From a virus (lineage: Duplodnaviria; Caudoviricetes), in IMG/VR virus record IMGVR_UViG_3300011337_000184, positions 1 through 58,074 of that record: a DNA stretch of 58,074 bases; one strand, given 5' to 3'. Position 1 is the stretch's first letter; each line of letters opens with the position of its first letter. Below, in pieces: positions 1 through 9,226 of this stretch. Below the pieces are notes generated by a model. It was given only the letters and a program-made list of their open reading frames with translations, was not told where the DNA came from and searched no databases. The translations under genes were made by a program, and so were the position numbers.

Positions 1-272
1 CCTGACATCGTCTTTGGTGAGCAAGTGGCAAGCAAAGACGGCCTCGGTTGGCTCGACCTTGTATGCACTGACTTGGAAGCAACGGGTTACGCCAGCGGGG
101 CGGTCGATCTCTGCGCGGCGGGCGTCGGCGCTCCGCACATCCGTCGGCGCCTCTGGTGGGTCGGAAGCCGACTTGACGCATTGGGCAACTCCACGAACAA
201 CGGACACCTCAGAGGAAACGTGGGAGACAAAACAGGACCGCAACAAACGCCATTTGGAAACGAGCCTGTCCA
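1..272. repeat. Terminal direct repeat, left copy (circular assembly overlap)
   Basis: 1-272 matches 57803-58074 except at 27 (G/T), 117 (G/T) and 146 (G/A); an ORF reads through the junction. Confidence 0.95.
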
Positions 273-753
273 GTTCTCGCACGAAGGGGGTGGGCGGGAT
301 GACGCTACCGATGATGGCGCATCAAACGGGCTGGCCGACAGCTTCAACGCGGGATCACAAGGGCGGCTACCTGGGTGGCAGGACGAGGGACGGGCAGATC
401 AGTACAGACACGCTGGACGTAACGGCGCAGCTATCGGCTTGGCCGACACCGCAAGTGGCGGACACATGGACCCCATCAACGGAAGCCAGCGAGGACAGGG
501 AGTGGAGCAAGCACAATCTGCGGGGGGCAGCGTCAGCGTTCAATCACAACGGCCCAGCCCGACTAACGGCTTCTGGCGAGATGCTGATTGGCTCTTCTGC
601 CGCGATGGAAAGTGGCGGCCAGTTGAACCCAGCACATCCCCGCTGGCTTATGGGTCTGCCGAAAGAGTGGGACGACTGCGCGGTTACGGCAATGCAATCG
701 TTGCCCAAGCGGCGCAAGCCTTCATCGAAAGCATGATGGAGACAATGAAATGA
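1..753 (+). CDS. DNA cytosine-C5 methyltransferase, C-terminal part
   Basis: In frame with the 57473 ORF across the overlap; ends with motif X-like [14 protein letters not shown]. Confidence 0.88.
   Translation, partial: PDIVFGEQVASKDGLGWLDLVCTDLEATGYASGAVDLCAAGVGAPHIRRRLWWVGSRLDALGNSTNNGHLRGNVGDKTGPQQTPFGNEPVQFSHEGGGRDDATDDGASNGLADSFNAGSQGRLPGWQDEGRADQYRHAGRNGAAIGLADTASGGHMDPINGSQRGQGVEQAQSAGGSVSVQSQRPSPTNGFWRDADWLFCRDGKWRPVEPSTSPLAYGSAERVGRLRGYGNAIVAQAAQAFIESMMETMK
14..736 (+). CDS. Overprinted alternative-frame ORF, putative MTase beta subunit (probable start ATG 57753 across the junction, ~261 aa)
   Basis: Long ORF nested in the MTase; WATP/WPTA/WPTP repeats and motif IX-like [17 protein letters not shown]; AAGGAG at 57735-57740 upstream of ATG 57753. 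Confidence 0.65.
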   Translation: MVSKWQAKTASVGSTLYALTWKQRVTPAGRSISARRASALRTSVGASGGSEADLTHWATPRTTDTSEETWETKQDRNKRHLETSLSSSRTKGVGGMTLPMMAHQTGWPTASTRDHKGGYLGGRTRDGQISTDTLDVTAQLSAWPTPQVADTWTPSTEASEDREWSKHNLRGAASAFNHNGPARLTASGEMLIGSSAAMESGGQLNPAHPRWLMGLPKEWDDCAVTAMQSLPKRRKPSSKA

Positions 754-1091
754 AAAATATCAGCCTGATCGCCAAGGTATGCCATGAGGCAAACCGCGCA
801 TGGTGCGCCGCAAACGATGATGACAGCCAATTAAGTTGGGATGATGCGCCAGAGTGGCAGATCGACAGCGCCATCAACGGCGTCGAATACGCGCTGCGCC
901 GCCCAAATGTCACGATAGCAGACATGCACAGCAACTGGATGGCTGAAAAGATTGAGGATGGCTGGATTTACGGCGAGGTCAAAGACCCTATCGCCAAGAC
1001 CCACCCCTGCATGGTCCCATATGACCAACTGCCAGAGTTTCAGCGCAAGAAGGACGCGCTGTTCCTCGCCATCGTGAGGGCATTGGCATGA
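750..1091 (+). CDS. RyR-domain protein
   Basis: HSNWMAEKIEDGWIYGEVKDPIAKTHPCMVPYDQLPEFQRKKD fits the RyR repeat pattern; ATGA coupling. Confidence 0.8.
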   Translation: MKNISLIAKVCHEANRAWCAANDDDSQLSWDDAPEWQIDSAINGVEYALRRPNVTIADMHSNWMAEKIEDGWIYGEVKDPIAKTHPCMVPYDQLPEFQRKKDALFLAIVRALA

Positions 1092-1408
1092 GCCAGTCAG
1101 ACATGAAACCATGCCCGTTCTGCGGGGGCGACAAGAACACAATCTGCAAGACAGACTACGATGGGCGGGATTCTTTTGCTGTGTCCTGCCGATACTCTGA
1201 CTGTCACGGGGCAATCTTTATGCTGGGCTATGGCTATTTTCCCACTGCGGATCAGGCTATCGCCGCATGGAACACCCGTGCTGTTGACCCCGCCACCATC
1301 CGTGAGGCTGCGCTGCGTGAGGCGGCGTCATGGCTGCTTCGCCTTGGATACGATGATGATGATGCGGACAACATTCTGGAACTGATAGGAAAAAGAAATG
1401 ACCGATGA
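1088..1408 (+). CDS. Lar-family (restriction alleviation-like) zinc-ribbon protein
   Basis: MKPCPFCGG...C..C...AIAAWNTR. Confidence 0.7.
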   Translation: MSQSDMKPCPFCGGDKNTICKTDYDGRDSFAVSCRYSDCHGAIFMLGYGYFPTADQAIAAWNTRAVDPATIREAALREAASWLLRLGYDDDDADNILELIGKRNDR

Positions 1409-1700
1409 AGAAATGACAGATAAGGAACTTGTTGATTGGCTACGCCGTGAACAGGAGTACATCCCAACTTTAAAGATCGCCGCCGACCGCATTGAGGAGT
1501 TGGTAAAAGACCAAGATTCTATTCGCAATGCTGCGCTGCGTGAGGCTGCGACAATGGCGGAGGCGTTGGCTTCTGAGTGGTGGGCTGAATACAGAAACAT
1601 TCACTCCCCGCACCGCGCTGATCCTCACTGGCGGGGGATGTCAGACGGCGCGGATGAAGTCGCCGCCGCAATACTTGAACTGATAGGGGAAAAAAAATGA
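1398..1700 (+). CDS. Hypothetical modular phage protein
   Basis: Coupled ORF; AADRIEEL and AALREAA modules. Confidence 0.7.
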   Translation: MTDEEMTDKELVDWLRREQEYIPTLKIAADRIEELVKDQDSIRNAALREAATMAEALASEWWAEYRNIHSPHRADPHWRGMSDGADEVAAAILELIGEKK

Positions 1701-1984
1701 CTGATGAAGAACTGATCAAAGAGTTGCGATATTTTGACAGCTATTCGGATGTGCCAGACGCCGCCGCCGACCGCATTGAGCAGTTGGTGAAAGAACTGGA
1801 TTTATCCAACGAACTCGGCAAAGCACTAGAAGAAGATGCAGGGCAGTTACGAGCCAAACTGGCTAAGGCTGTGGATGTCATCAAGGTGATCCTTTTCACG
1901 GCCCACGCAGACGACCATGAGAGTTGGTATGACGCACTGGATGACGCCAGCACCCTTCTTGCTGAACTGGAGAAAACAGAATGA
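1697..1984 (+). CDS. Hypothetical modular phage protein
   Basis: Coupled ORF; MTDEELIKELR...AADRIEQL. Confidence 0.7.
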   Translation: MTDEELIKELRYFDSYSDVPDAAADRIEQLVKELDLSNELGKALEEDAGQLRAKLAKAVDVIKVILFTAHADDHESWYDALDDASTLLAELEKTE

Positions 1985-2178
1985 TGATCCAACTAAACCC
2001 ACCGATACCAGTCAACACCCCAAGGGGGTCGGCGTTGGCCCATGTCATGGTAGACTATGGCATTGAACACAATATCAACTGGGTGTGCTTTCAAGACGAA
2101 ACTGGCGAATGCTGGACATGGTCAAACAGCGACATCAGAGCGCAGAAAAACATTACTTATGGAAGGATTTTTGAATGA
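1981..2178 (+). CDS. Hypothetical protein
   Basis: GGAG RBS, ATGA overlaps at both ends. Confidence 0.7.
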   Translation: MMIQLNPPIPVNTPRGSALAHVMVDYGIEHNINWVCFQDETGECWTWSNSDIRAQKNITYGRIFE

Positions 2179-2375
2179 TCACGATCTGGACAATCATGGT
2201 CATCACCTTTGGCGATGGCCCATTTCAAGGCTACGAGACGTTCTTGCCGTTTAGCAGCAGCAGCATCTGCGGCGAAAACATCATGCCAATGCGCGAAGAA
2301 CTTGAGGCCGACGGCCTTGAGATTGAGATGATCCGTTGCATCAAAACCACCATCGAATCAGGAGAAATCGAATGA
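2175..2375 (+). CDS. Hypothetical protein with hydrophobic N-terminus
   Basis: Coupled ORF, AAGGA RBS. Confidence 0.6.
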   Translation: MITIWTIMVITFGDGPFQGYETFLPFSSSSICGENIMPMREELEADGLEIEMIRCIKTTIESGEIE

Positions 2376-2611
2376 TCAAGATTGAAAAAGGAATACCCGT
2401 AGGACTGCCGCGCCACAAGCACGCTGTATTTTATGAAGTGTTCAAAAAAATGGTGGAGGGCGACAGCTTTGCGTTGCCAGCTAATACGCCAGAAGAGCGC
2501 CGCTACGCCCGAACGGTACACGCGACGTTCTGCAACTACGGGAAAAAGCACGGGTGGAAAGTCTCCTGCCGCACCGTTGCTGGCGTGATGCGGAACTGGC
2601 GGGTATCCTGA
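2372..2611 (+). CDS. Hypothetical small protein, possibly DNA-binding
   Basis: AGGAG RBS; MIKIEKGIP...F..M..GDSF...R.WRV pattern common in phages. Confidence 0.7.
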   Translation: MIKIEKGIPVGLPRHKHAVFYEVFKKMVEGDSFALPANTPEERRYARTVHATFCNYGKKHGWKVSCRTVAGVMRNWRVS

Positions 2612-3033
2612 TGCCACAGCACAAGCGGCCACCGCCAACGCCCGAAGAGTTGGCGGTACTCACCACGCACACCCTCAAGCAATCTGCGGCGATCTTGGGC
2701 CTGTCCTATGACAGGGTAAGGCGCATCTGCGTGGACAACAACGTGCCATATGTCAGGCTGCGGAGCGTGCCGTCACATGAGTGGGGGAACGCCTCAAAGC
2801 GCGCACGGCGCATGTGGTTGGACGGCAGCACCATTTATGAAATATCCAAGCAAACGCGAATGGACTTGGACAGGTGCTGCCAAATGGTCAGCATTCCCAC
2901 AATGCCAAAATCCATGTGGCACCTGAAGCGCGACGTGGTGGATTGGATATTGCTGCAGATGCCCAGCGGAGATATGGGCCTCGACGAGTTTATCGGAATT
3001 TTGCTGACCGAGATGTACGAGGAAGACAAATAA
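2611..3033 (+). CDS. Putative HTH DNA-binding protein
   Basis: TLKQSAAILGLSYDRVRRI plus a second HTH-like segment; TGATG coupling. Confidence 0.55.
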   Translation: MPQHKRPPPTPEELAVLTTHTLKQSAAILGLSYDRVRRICVDNNVPYVRLRSVPSHEWGNASKRARRMWLDGSTIYEISKQTRMDLDRCCQMVSIPTMPKSMWHLKRDVVDWILLQMPSGDMGLDEFIGILLTEMYEEDK

Positions 3034-3060
3034 AAAAGGGGGGCAGAAATGCCCCCCTCA
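3034..3060. terminator. Intrinsic terminator between convergent genes
   Basis: GGGGGGCA-GAAA-TGCCCCCC hairpin preceded by an A-run (U-tail on minus strand). Confidence 0.75.
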
Positions 3061-3061
3061 C

Positions 3062-3268
3062 TCATTTTGGCCAATCGTGTGGCCTGTACCCACGCATATA
3101 CGCATCCATCAGCCTGACCATCCGTGGCGCTGGATTTCGGTGCTGAGAACTGCCCTCGCTTAATTCCATCTTGCGGATGGTAGAGGCGTCTGTGTCCAGC
3201 ATTGTTGCAAACTCAGATACGGACAGAAGCAGCCTGTGGCGCGTCTCTTTGACATTACTGGGACTCAT
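3062..3268 (-). CDS. XRE-type HTH protein
   Basis: VKETRHRLLLSVSEFATMLDTDASTIRKME. Confidence 0.7.
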   Translation of the reverse strand: MSPSNVKETRHRLLLSVSEFATMLDTDASTIRKMELSEGSSQHRNPAPRMVRLMDAYMRGYRPHDWPK

Positions 3269-3410
3269 TGTCGGCGTCCGCCATCTGGTTGCCCACCTCA
3301 AGGGCGATGGCAATAGCGCGCTGCGCCAACTCTGTGGGTGACAGGGTTGTGTTTGACGCGGCCCCCTGAAGGGCCGCAGCGACGATTAGCATAAATCTGT
3401 CCATCATCAT
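3255..3410 (-). CDS. Hypothetical 51-aa protein (not in ORF track)
   Basis: AAGGAG RBS, TAATG coupling; MMMDRFMLIVAAALQGAASN... Confidence 0.6.
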   Translation of the reverse strand: MMMDRFMLIVAAALQGAASNTTLSPTELAQRAIAIALEVGNQMADADNESQ

Positions 3411-3802
3411 TACTCCTTGTATTCGATGATATTGGTGGAAAGCTTGCCCATCATTTCTGTGAGCGGGTTCAGGAACTCAACTTCGATGCCGATCTCGCGG
3501 CCCTTGTCGATGATGCGGCCAAGCGAGGCAATGAAGTCATTGCGCTTGGCCTCTTGGATGGACGGAAGGCCGTCAACGAAGGTATTTGCGCGTGCAAACA
3601 GCACCCCAAAGCCTTCATCCACGGTCCCGTGGTAAAACTGGTCCTTACTGGATTCACCAGCCGCCGTGCGGTATTCCAGATTGATGGTCAGTTCATATCC
3701 GATCCAACGGATGTAGGACGTGACCTTGGGCATGTAGTAGCCCTTGGCCGCAACTTTTTCTTCCAACGCAATTGCTGCAATCATAATTTCAGAAGGTGTC
3801 AT
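3410..3802 (-). CDS. Hypothetical early protein
   Basis: GGAGA RBS 6 nt before ATG 3802; follows promoter cassette. Confidence 0.7.
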   Translation of the reverse strand: MTPSEIMIAAIALEEKVAAKGYYMPKVTSYIRWIGYELTINLEYRTAAGESSKDQFYHGTVDEGFGVLFARANTFVDGLPSIQEAKRNDFIASLGRIIDKGREIGIEVEFLNPLTEMMGKLSTNIIEYKE

Positions 3803-3884
3803 CGTAATCTCCATGTTGGCGAGGCCCATTGCCTCTGAAAGCACTATTATCGTGTGGCAACTGCCCCGTCAACATCTATTTTCA
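3803..3884 (-). promoter_or_regulatory. Early promoter / stem-loop / RBS cassette, copy A
   Basis: TGAAAATAGATG-TTGACG...GATAATAG...GAGGCAATGGGCCTC-GCCAAC-ATGGAGATT. Confidence 0.6.
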
Positions 3885-6173
3885 CACCAAGATGTACCGC
3901 GTGATCGTTTTCTTTGTAAACTTGTGGATCGAGTCCTGCGTCTTGGCATGCCCACCATCAACCATCTTCTGCAGGCACGTCTCAATGTCTGCGCGCTTGA
4001 ATGGGCGGCACTTGTTTACAATCACGCCCAGCGTCTCACCCTCATCGCCAGAGATGGCGTTTGCGATCCGCGCCCGCAAGGCCTCACCTGGGGCGTCCTT
4101 CATGCGGTCATTGGACACCACCAGACGCATCTTCTCGATGATGTCACGCTTGATCAGGGCGTAGGCCCAACGCACATGCTGCTCTGTGCGCAGGCCTTCG
4201 GGGATGGACAGGATGAAGGACACCTTTGCCACCTGCTCGTAACCGCGCAGAAACAGCGCCTCAAGGCCCGCGCCAGACTTGTTTTGGTCGGCCAGCATGT
4301 CAAACACGTCGGCCACCTGATTGAGCATCTTGCGGGCGTCTGCCGATGTCGGGATGACGATCTTTGGCCCGTAGTATTCAATCCGCGAGTTTGCGAACTC
4401 AGACATGTCAAATATGCCACCCGTGGAAATCTGGCGCAGTGTGTTTTGCATCTTCTCTGGCATCTCTGTCTTCTGCCAATTCTTCTTGCGTGGCGGCGTT
4501 GTATCGCGCTCGGTGCAGAGGATGGCGCGGGCGATGAACCCGTTTGTTGCCGTCTCAAAGGTCACCATGTTGTCGAAATTGTGGTTTGTGGTGAAGCCAG
4601 ACATGGACAGGAATGGCTTTTCAATGCCCTGATCAATGTTGTTGATCTGGTGCTGCAGGCTGACCATACGGCGCTCAATGGATTGCTTGGGGCCATTTTC
4701 CTCTGTCGCCTTCTCAAGCTGCATCATCTCTTTGCGCATCGCGGAGCGGACCTCGTCGGCGGCGTCGCCACTCAGCAGGAAAAACTCGTCACCCTTGGAA
4801 TACACCGACATCAGCGTGCCAAAGATGCCCTCTAGATACTGCGCGCCACCCTTTTCCTGCGCGTTCTTCACCTTGTTTAAGAAGAACCCAATCTCGTCAA
4901 TGATGTAGAAGCTGGGCTGATTTCGGACAAGGTTTCGTACAATCTCCTGCTCGGACTTGATTGAGCCATGCGTGGCCGCAGACAGGTAGCAAATCTTGTG
5001 GATTTCTTTGATGGCACCCTGCACGGCCTCCTTGCCGCTGCCCGATCCCGCCACGTTGAACACAAACAGGTTTGAGGTGACGTTGTCCATGTCATCAACA
5101 TATTTGCTGTTGCAGATGTTACCCAGTGCAAAGATCGCGCCCATGACCGACAGGCGCTCACGCTTGCGCCGCGATCTGCTTTCGATCCATTCAGCGATCT
5201 GGCCAGCCAGGCCTGGGGGACGCAGCAGATCGATGCTGCTGGTGTCGATCTCGACGATGTCTGCCTCCTCAACTGGCGCATCCTCAAACTGAATGGTTGG
5301 CGTGAAGGTGACGGGCCTGACCCACCCGCCCTGCTCGGCGTAGTGAACCAGCGTGGCCAGCGTGACGGGGTTTGCAGATCGGCCAAACGAATGCCATTTC
5401 TTCTGCATCTCGTCAGAATCGTATTTCGGACTCTGCGCGCTCCACTTATCCCAGACGGCAAATGCGGACCCGCCAGAGGCGTGGTGTATCGACATGCCCA
5501 CCTTTACCCAGACCTCGTACTCGTCATACAGGGCAACGTGGGACGCCATGTCAGCAAGGTCTTGATGGGACACGTCGATGTCGATGCCATTCACCTCGGT
5601 GCGATGCTTCTCAGGCACGCGCAGCGCGTCCAGCAGACTGGTAGGGCATTTGTCGATGTCGTCGATTGATCCGTACAGAATCTCGTACCGATTACCACTG
5701 GCATGCATTGAGCCAGCGCCCACGACAAATGCCGCCCCGCTCTTGAAGTCGATGCCCTTATACTTGTTGAGTTTTGATACCAGAGACGTGCCGCTCGGCA
5801 CTGTGAAATACAGGTGCTTTGACCCGCCGCCCGAACCCGTGCCGACAATCAGCCCAGAGCCTGCGACTTCAGGGTGGTCAGCCAGCAGATCGGCGTAACC
5901 CTGCAGGCCGCCGTTTCGGGCGTCAACGTCAACAACGACAGTGTCCTTGTTTAAAACGAGGCCCCAGCCAGTTTTGAAGTGGCCCATGAGTTCCATTGTC
6001 TCAAACTGTTCCTCGGACCAGCATGGCGTGTGTTGCCAGTTGCTGACGCGGGGATGCTTGAACAGGCTCTTGTCTGGGCAGTGTGGGTTGCCACATTCGC
6101 ACTTGCCGTCGGGGCCACGGCCATGAAGGCCGAATACACTGTATCCTGCCTCCCAAAATTCACGATATTCCAT
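3882..6173 (-). CDS. Bifunctional primase-polymerase (Prim-Pol, PriCT-2) with C-terminal P-loop helicase-like domain
   Basis: C.CG...C....KHP, VVDVDARNGG, TGSGGGSKHLYF; PriCT-2 YEVWVKVGMSIH...WDKWS; Walker A AGSGSGKE and Walker B YIIDE. Confidence 0.85.
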   Translation of the reverse strand: MEYREFWEAGYSVFGLHGRGPDGKCECGNPHCPDKSLFKHPRVSNWQHTPCWSEEQFETMELMGHFKTGWGLVLNKDTVVVDVDARNGGLQGYADLLADHPEVAGSGLIVGTGSGGGSKHLYFTVPSGTSLVSKLNKYKGIDFKSGAAFVVGAGSMHASGNRYEILYGSIDDIDKCPTSLLDALRVPEKHRTEVNGIDIDVSHQDLADMASHVALYDEYEVWVKVGMSIHHASGGSAFAVWDKWSAQSPKYDSDEMQKKWHSFGRSANPVTLATLVHYAEQGGWVRPVTFTPTIQFEDAPVEEADIVEIDTSSIDLLRPPGLAGQIAEWIESRSRRKRERLSVMGAIFALGNICNSKYVDDMDNVTSNLFVFNVAGSGSGKEAVQGAIKEIHKICYLSAATHGSIKSEQEIVRNLVRNQPSFYIIDEIGFFLNKVKNAQEKGGAQYLEGIFGTLMSVYSKGDEFFLLSGDAADEVRSAMRKEMMQLEKATEENGPKQSIERRMVSLQHQINNIDQGIEKPFLSMSGFTTNHNFDNMVTFETATNGFIARAILCTERDTTPPRKKNWQKTEMPEKMQNTLRQISTGGIFDMSEFANSRIEYYGPKIVIPTSADARKMLNQVADVFDMLADQNKSGAGLEALFLRGYEQVAKVSFILSIPEGLRTEQHVRWAYALIKRDIIEKMRLVVSNDRMKDAPGEALRARIANAISGDEGETLGVIVNKCRPFKRADIETCLQKMVDGGHAKTQDSIHKFTKKTITRYILV

Positions 6174-6176
6174 AAT

Positions 6177-6353
6177 TCATCCAAATAGGTGCGCTGACAG
6201 CGTTTCAAGTGTATCGCGGTTCGGCTTGGTCTTACCGTGGGCAATTTTCCAAACCGTGTTGTAGTGCAGGCCAGTCTTTTCCGCCACGAAGGTTAAGTAT
6301 CTGCCAACTAAGGCTTTTTTCACCGCATCCAACAGTTCATCATCATCAAGCAT
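6177..6353 (-). CDS. Cro-like HTH regulator
   Basis: LTFVAEKTGLHYNTVWKIAHGKTKPNRDTL; GAGG RBS. Confidence 0.75.
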   Translation of the reverse strand: MLDDDELLDAVKKALVGRYLTFVAEKTGLHYNTVWKIAHGKTKPNRDTLETLSAHLFG

Positions 6354-6385
6354 GTTTTTTTCCTCAAAAGTGTGTGGTGTGTGTG

Positions 6386-6418
6386 TTGACATACCCACAT
6401 TAGGCCCGTATGGTCAAG
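6386..6418. promoter_or_regulatory. Overlapping divergent sigma70-type promoters with inverted repeat
   Basis: + strand TTGACA(6386)-17 nt-TATGGT(6409); - strand TTGACC-18 nt-TATGTC; dyad TTGACATAC...GTATGGTCAA. Confidence 0.75.
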
Positions 6419-6446
6419 CCCGTAGAGAAGAAGAAAAGGAGAGAAG

Positions 6447-7223
6447 ATGAGTATTCTTGCTACTGCGGGTAAACCGCAAAAACGCCCAGTTGCGATCACC
6501 ATTCTCGGTGACGCGGGCCTCGGTAAGACCAGTCTTGCCGCCACGTTTCCAAAACCAATCTTTATCCGATCAGAGGACGGGCTTCGGTCTGTTCCTGAAG
6601 ATATGATGCCTGATGCGTTACCGCTGATCAAGTCTGTTGATGACTTGTGGGCGCAGTTGACGGCTCTGATCCGCGAGGAACACGAGTATCAGACATTGGT
6701 CATCGACACGGTTACCACGCTGGACACGATCTTCACGGATCACGTCCTTGATACGGACCCTAAAAAGCCAAAGAGCCTCAATCAGGCCCACGGTGGGTAT
6801 GGCGCTGGCCGTGACATGATTGCCAGTCTGCACCGCCGTGTCCGTAACGCCTGCGGCATCCTGATGGACAAGGGCATGAACGTTGTGTTTGTTGCCCACG
6901 CCGAGACGGTTCGGATTGAGCCGCCAGACGCAAACGCATACACCAAATATGCCATGCGGATGAACGAGAAGTCCACCCTGCCGTATATCGACAACGTGGA
7001 CGCCATCGGCTTCATTCGGCTTGAAACCTACGTTGTTGGCGACGGCGACTTGAAAAAGGCCCACTCTGATGGCACGCGCCAGATGGTGTGCCACGCGATG
7101 GCCGCAAACGTCTCGAAAAACCGTTTTGGTATTAACGAGCCAATTACTTTGGAAATCGGGGTCAACCCGTTTGCCGAATACCTGCCGAAACCCATTAAAG
7201 TTAAGAAGGAAGACGTGAAATGA
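6447..7223 (+). CDS. AAA_24 / Sak4-like phage ATPase
   Basis: Walker A GDAGLGKT, TLVIDT, GGYGAG, FVAH, SKNR. Confidence 0.85.
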   Translation: MSILATAGKPQKRPVAITILGDAGLGKTSLAATFPKPIFIRSEDGLRSVPEDMMPDALPLIKSVDDLWAQLTALIREEHEYQTLVIDTVTTLDTIFTDHVLDTDPKKPKSLNQAHGGYGAGRDMIASLHRRVRNACGILMDKGMNVVFVAHAETVRIEPPDANAYTKYAMRMNEKSTLPYIDNVDAIGFIRLETYVVGDGDLKKAHSDGTRQMVCHAMAANVSKNRFGINEPITLEIGVNPFAEYLPKPIKVKKEDVK

Positions 7224-7858
7224 GCGATTTTTGGAAACTGTCAGACAACACTAACCTCAAGGACGAAGAAAACAACGGCGCGTTTGACGCTGGTGGTGGC
7301 AAGATCGAGGTCATCCCAGAGGGGACGCAGGTGCTGGCCGCAATCGACGAGGCCAAGTGGGACCGCAACAACGACGGCGACAAGTTTATCAGCATCCGCT
7401 GGACTGTCTTGCAGCCAGAAGAGTTGGCAAACCGCAAAATTTTTCAGAAGCTGTGGGTTGACGATTATGAGCCAGCGGCGCTGAAAAAGGGCGAAGACAA
7501 GGCCAAGGCAAAGCGCGACAAGGCAAAACGGATGCTGATGGCCATTGACGCCAACGCGGGCGGAAAGCTGGCCGCTAAGGGTGCTATGCCGACAGACATC
7601 GACCTTACGTCGTCTCTGACAATGAAGCCCATGGTCATCAAGACCATGGTGTGGTCGCAGAAGGACCGCGAGACGGGCGCTCTGATTGAGGGTAACTGGG
7701 TCGGTGCGGTTGCGCCAAAGAACTCTGAGCGGACAAGCCCAGAGGAACTGGCGAAGCTGCAGGCGTCACAGGCCAAGGCTGCGGCAGGGCGTGGGTCAAT
7801 GGGGCAGAAACATGCCTTAGATGACGACTCGATCCCATTCGCCCCTTGCATGATCTAA
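7220..7858 (+). CDS. Single-stranded DNA-binding protein (DUF669-like)
   Basis: IPEG...NRKIFQKLW; acidic DDDSIPF tail; follows AAA_24 gene. Confidence 0.7.
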   Translation: MSDFWKLSDNTNLKDEENNGAFDAGGGKIEVIPEGTQVLAAIDEAKWDRNNDGDKFISIRWTVLQPEELANRKIFQKLWVDDYEPAALKKGEDKAKAKRDKAKRMLMAIDANAGGKLAAKGAMPTDIDLTSSLTMKPMVIKTMVWSQKDRETGALIEGNWVGAVAPKNSERTSPEELAKLQASQAKAAAGRGSMGQKHALDDDSIPFAPCMI

Positions 7859-7910
7859 TCTGAAGTGATATTTCTCTAGAATAGATACCATATCAACTCT
7901 GGGGAAAATA

Positions 7911-8351
7911 ATGGAAGAAAAAGAAGAGTGGCGTCCAGTGCCTTCGTATTTGGGCGTCACAGCATCAAGTTTTGGCAGGATAAAGTTGCCAGATAGTACC
8001 GCAAAAATGCCCCATGGGGGCATGAGGGAATACAAGACAAAACCTATATTTGGCACGAAGACAAAAGCGTCAAAAACAGCAAGACATGAATATTTTGGGG
8101 TTATGTCTTCAAAATTTGGTAACCTAAAGGTGCATCGACTCGTATGCGAGGCATTCCATGGGGCGCCGCCTGAAGGAAAGCCTTATGTTCTTCATGCCGA
8201 CGAGAATGCGCTAAACAACAGACCAGATAATCTTAGTTGGGGTTCTCAAAAAGAAAACCTAAATGCTTCTGGGTTTATTGAATACTGCAAGTCTCGAACT
8301 GGTGAAAACAGCCCAACCGCAAAAGGTCGTGCTAAGAAAATTAAGGATTAA
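7911..8351 (+). CDS. NUMOD4-HNH homing endonuclease
   Basis: EEWRPVP..Y..S..GRI; VHRLVCEAFHG...VLHADENALNNRPDNLSWG.QKEN; AT-richer than flanks. Confidence 0.85.
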   Translation: MEEKEEWRPVPSYLGVTASSFGRIKLPDSTAKMPHGGMREYKTKPIFGTKTKASKTARHEYFGVMSSKFGNLKVHRLVCEAFHGAPPEGKPYVLHADENALNNRPDNLSWGSQKENLNASGFIEYCKSRTGENSPTAKGRAKKIKD

Positions 8352-8353
8352 AT

Positions 8354-9226
8354 ATGGAACAGAGATCACAAGAATGGTTTGACGCCCGCAAGGGGCGCAT
8401 CACAGGCTCAATGGTGGGGGCCATCCTTGGCGTTGACCCCAACTGCACCCGCGAAGAGGCGATGCGCCGCATGGTGCGTGCCTATCACGGCGCGCCGTCA
8501 GAGTTTAAGGGCAACATTGCCACCCAGTGGGGCATCACCCACGAGGACGAGGCCAAAGAAGTGTTTGAGGGCATTCATGGCTTCGAGGTAAATCCAGCGT
8601 CATTTTTGGTTCATCCTAATCACGACTGGCTTGGGGCAAGCCCTGATGGTTACGTTGGAAGAATGTTTTTAGTTGAAATAAAATGCCCATTTGGTTTGCG
8701 TGATAAAGAAAAGCCAGTGGCATTCAAAACCATAAAAGATCAGCCACACTATTACGCCCAGATGCAAATCCAAATGTCTTGCGCCAGTCGTTTGGCCTGT
8801 TACTTTTTTCAGTGGACTCCGAATGATTGCAAAATAGAACTCGTGGACATTGATTTTACATGGCTTAACAAAAACCTGCCCAAGCTGAAGGCGTTCTATC
8901 AGGAATTTTTGGCAGAGTGCGACGAGCCAGACGCTTACCTTGAGGACAAGCGCCCTACTGTAGATACCCCACGGGCGCTGCAGATGGTGGCAGAGTACAA
9001 CGACCTGCAGGATGCCATCGCACGGGCCGAGGAGCGCAAGAAGGAACTGCTGGAGAGCATCGTTGAGATGTGCGGCGGGGAGAATGCTGTATTCGGCGGC
9101 AAGAAGCTGACCAAGGTTGAAAAGGCTGGTGCGATCTCATACGCGAAGGCGATCAAGGAACTTGCGCCCAACGCAAACCTTGAACCGTGGCGAGGTAAGC
9201 CGTCCAAATATTGGACCCTAAAATGA
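8354..9226 (+). CDS. YqaJ / lambda-exonuclease family nuclease
   Basis: EQRSQEWFDARKGRITGS, LGASPDG, EIKCP, YYAQMQIQM. Confidence 0.9.
   Translation: MEQRSQEWFDARKGRITGSMVGAILGVDPNCTREEAMRRMVRAYHGAPSEFKGNIATQWGITHEDEAKEVFEGIHGFEVNPASFLVHPNHDWLGASPDGYVGRMFLVEIKCPFGLRDKEKPVAFKTIKDQPHYYAQMQIQMSCASRLACYFFQWTPNDCKIELVDIDFTWLNKNLPKLKAFYQEFLAECDEPDAYLEDKRPTVDTPRALQMVAEYNDLQDAIARAEERKKELLESIVEMCGGENAVFGGKKLTKVEKAGAISYAKAIKELAPNANLEPWRGKPSKYWTLK

Noticed and set aside
1-272. Physical direct terminal repeat of the virion DNA
   Set aside because: The repeat falls mid-gene with no terminus-like features; better explained as an assembly overlap of a circular or permuted genome
3744-4835. 363-aa + strand ORF (also 9289..10317, 28288..28932, 37766..38416, 46256..47125)
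   Set aside because: Antisense shadows of well-supported genes, with no RBS or recognisable motifs
7859-8353. Group I intron carrying the HNH gene
   Set aside because: Both flanking genes look complete and there is too little non-coding sequence for an intron core; treated as a free-standing endonuclease
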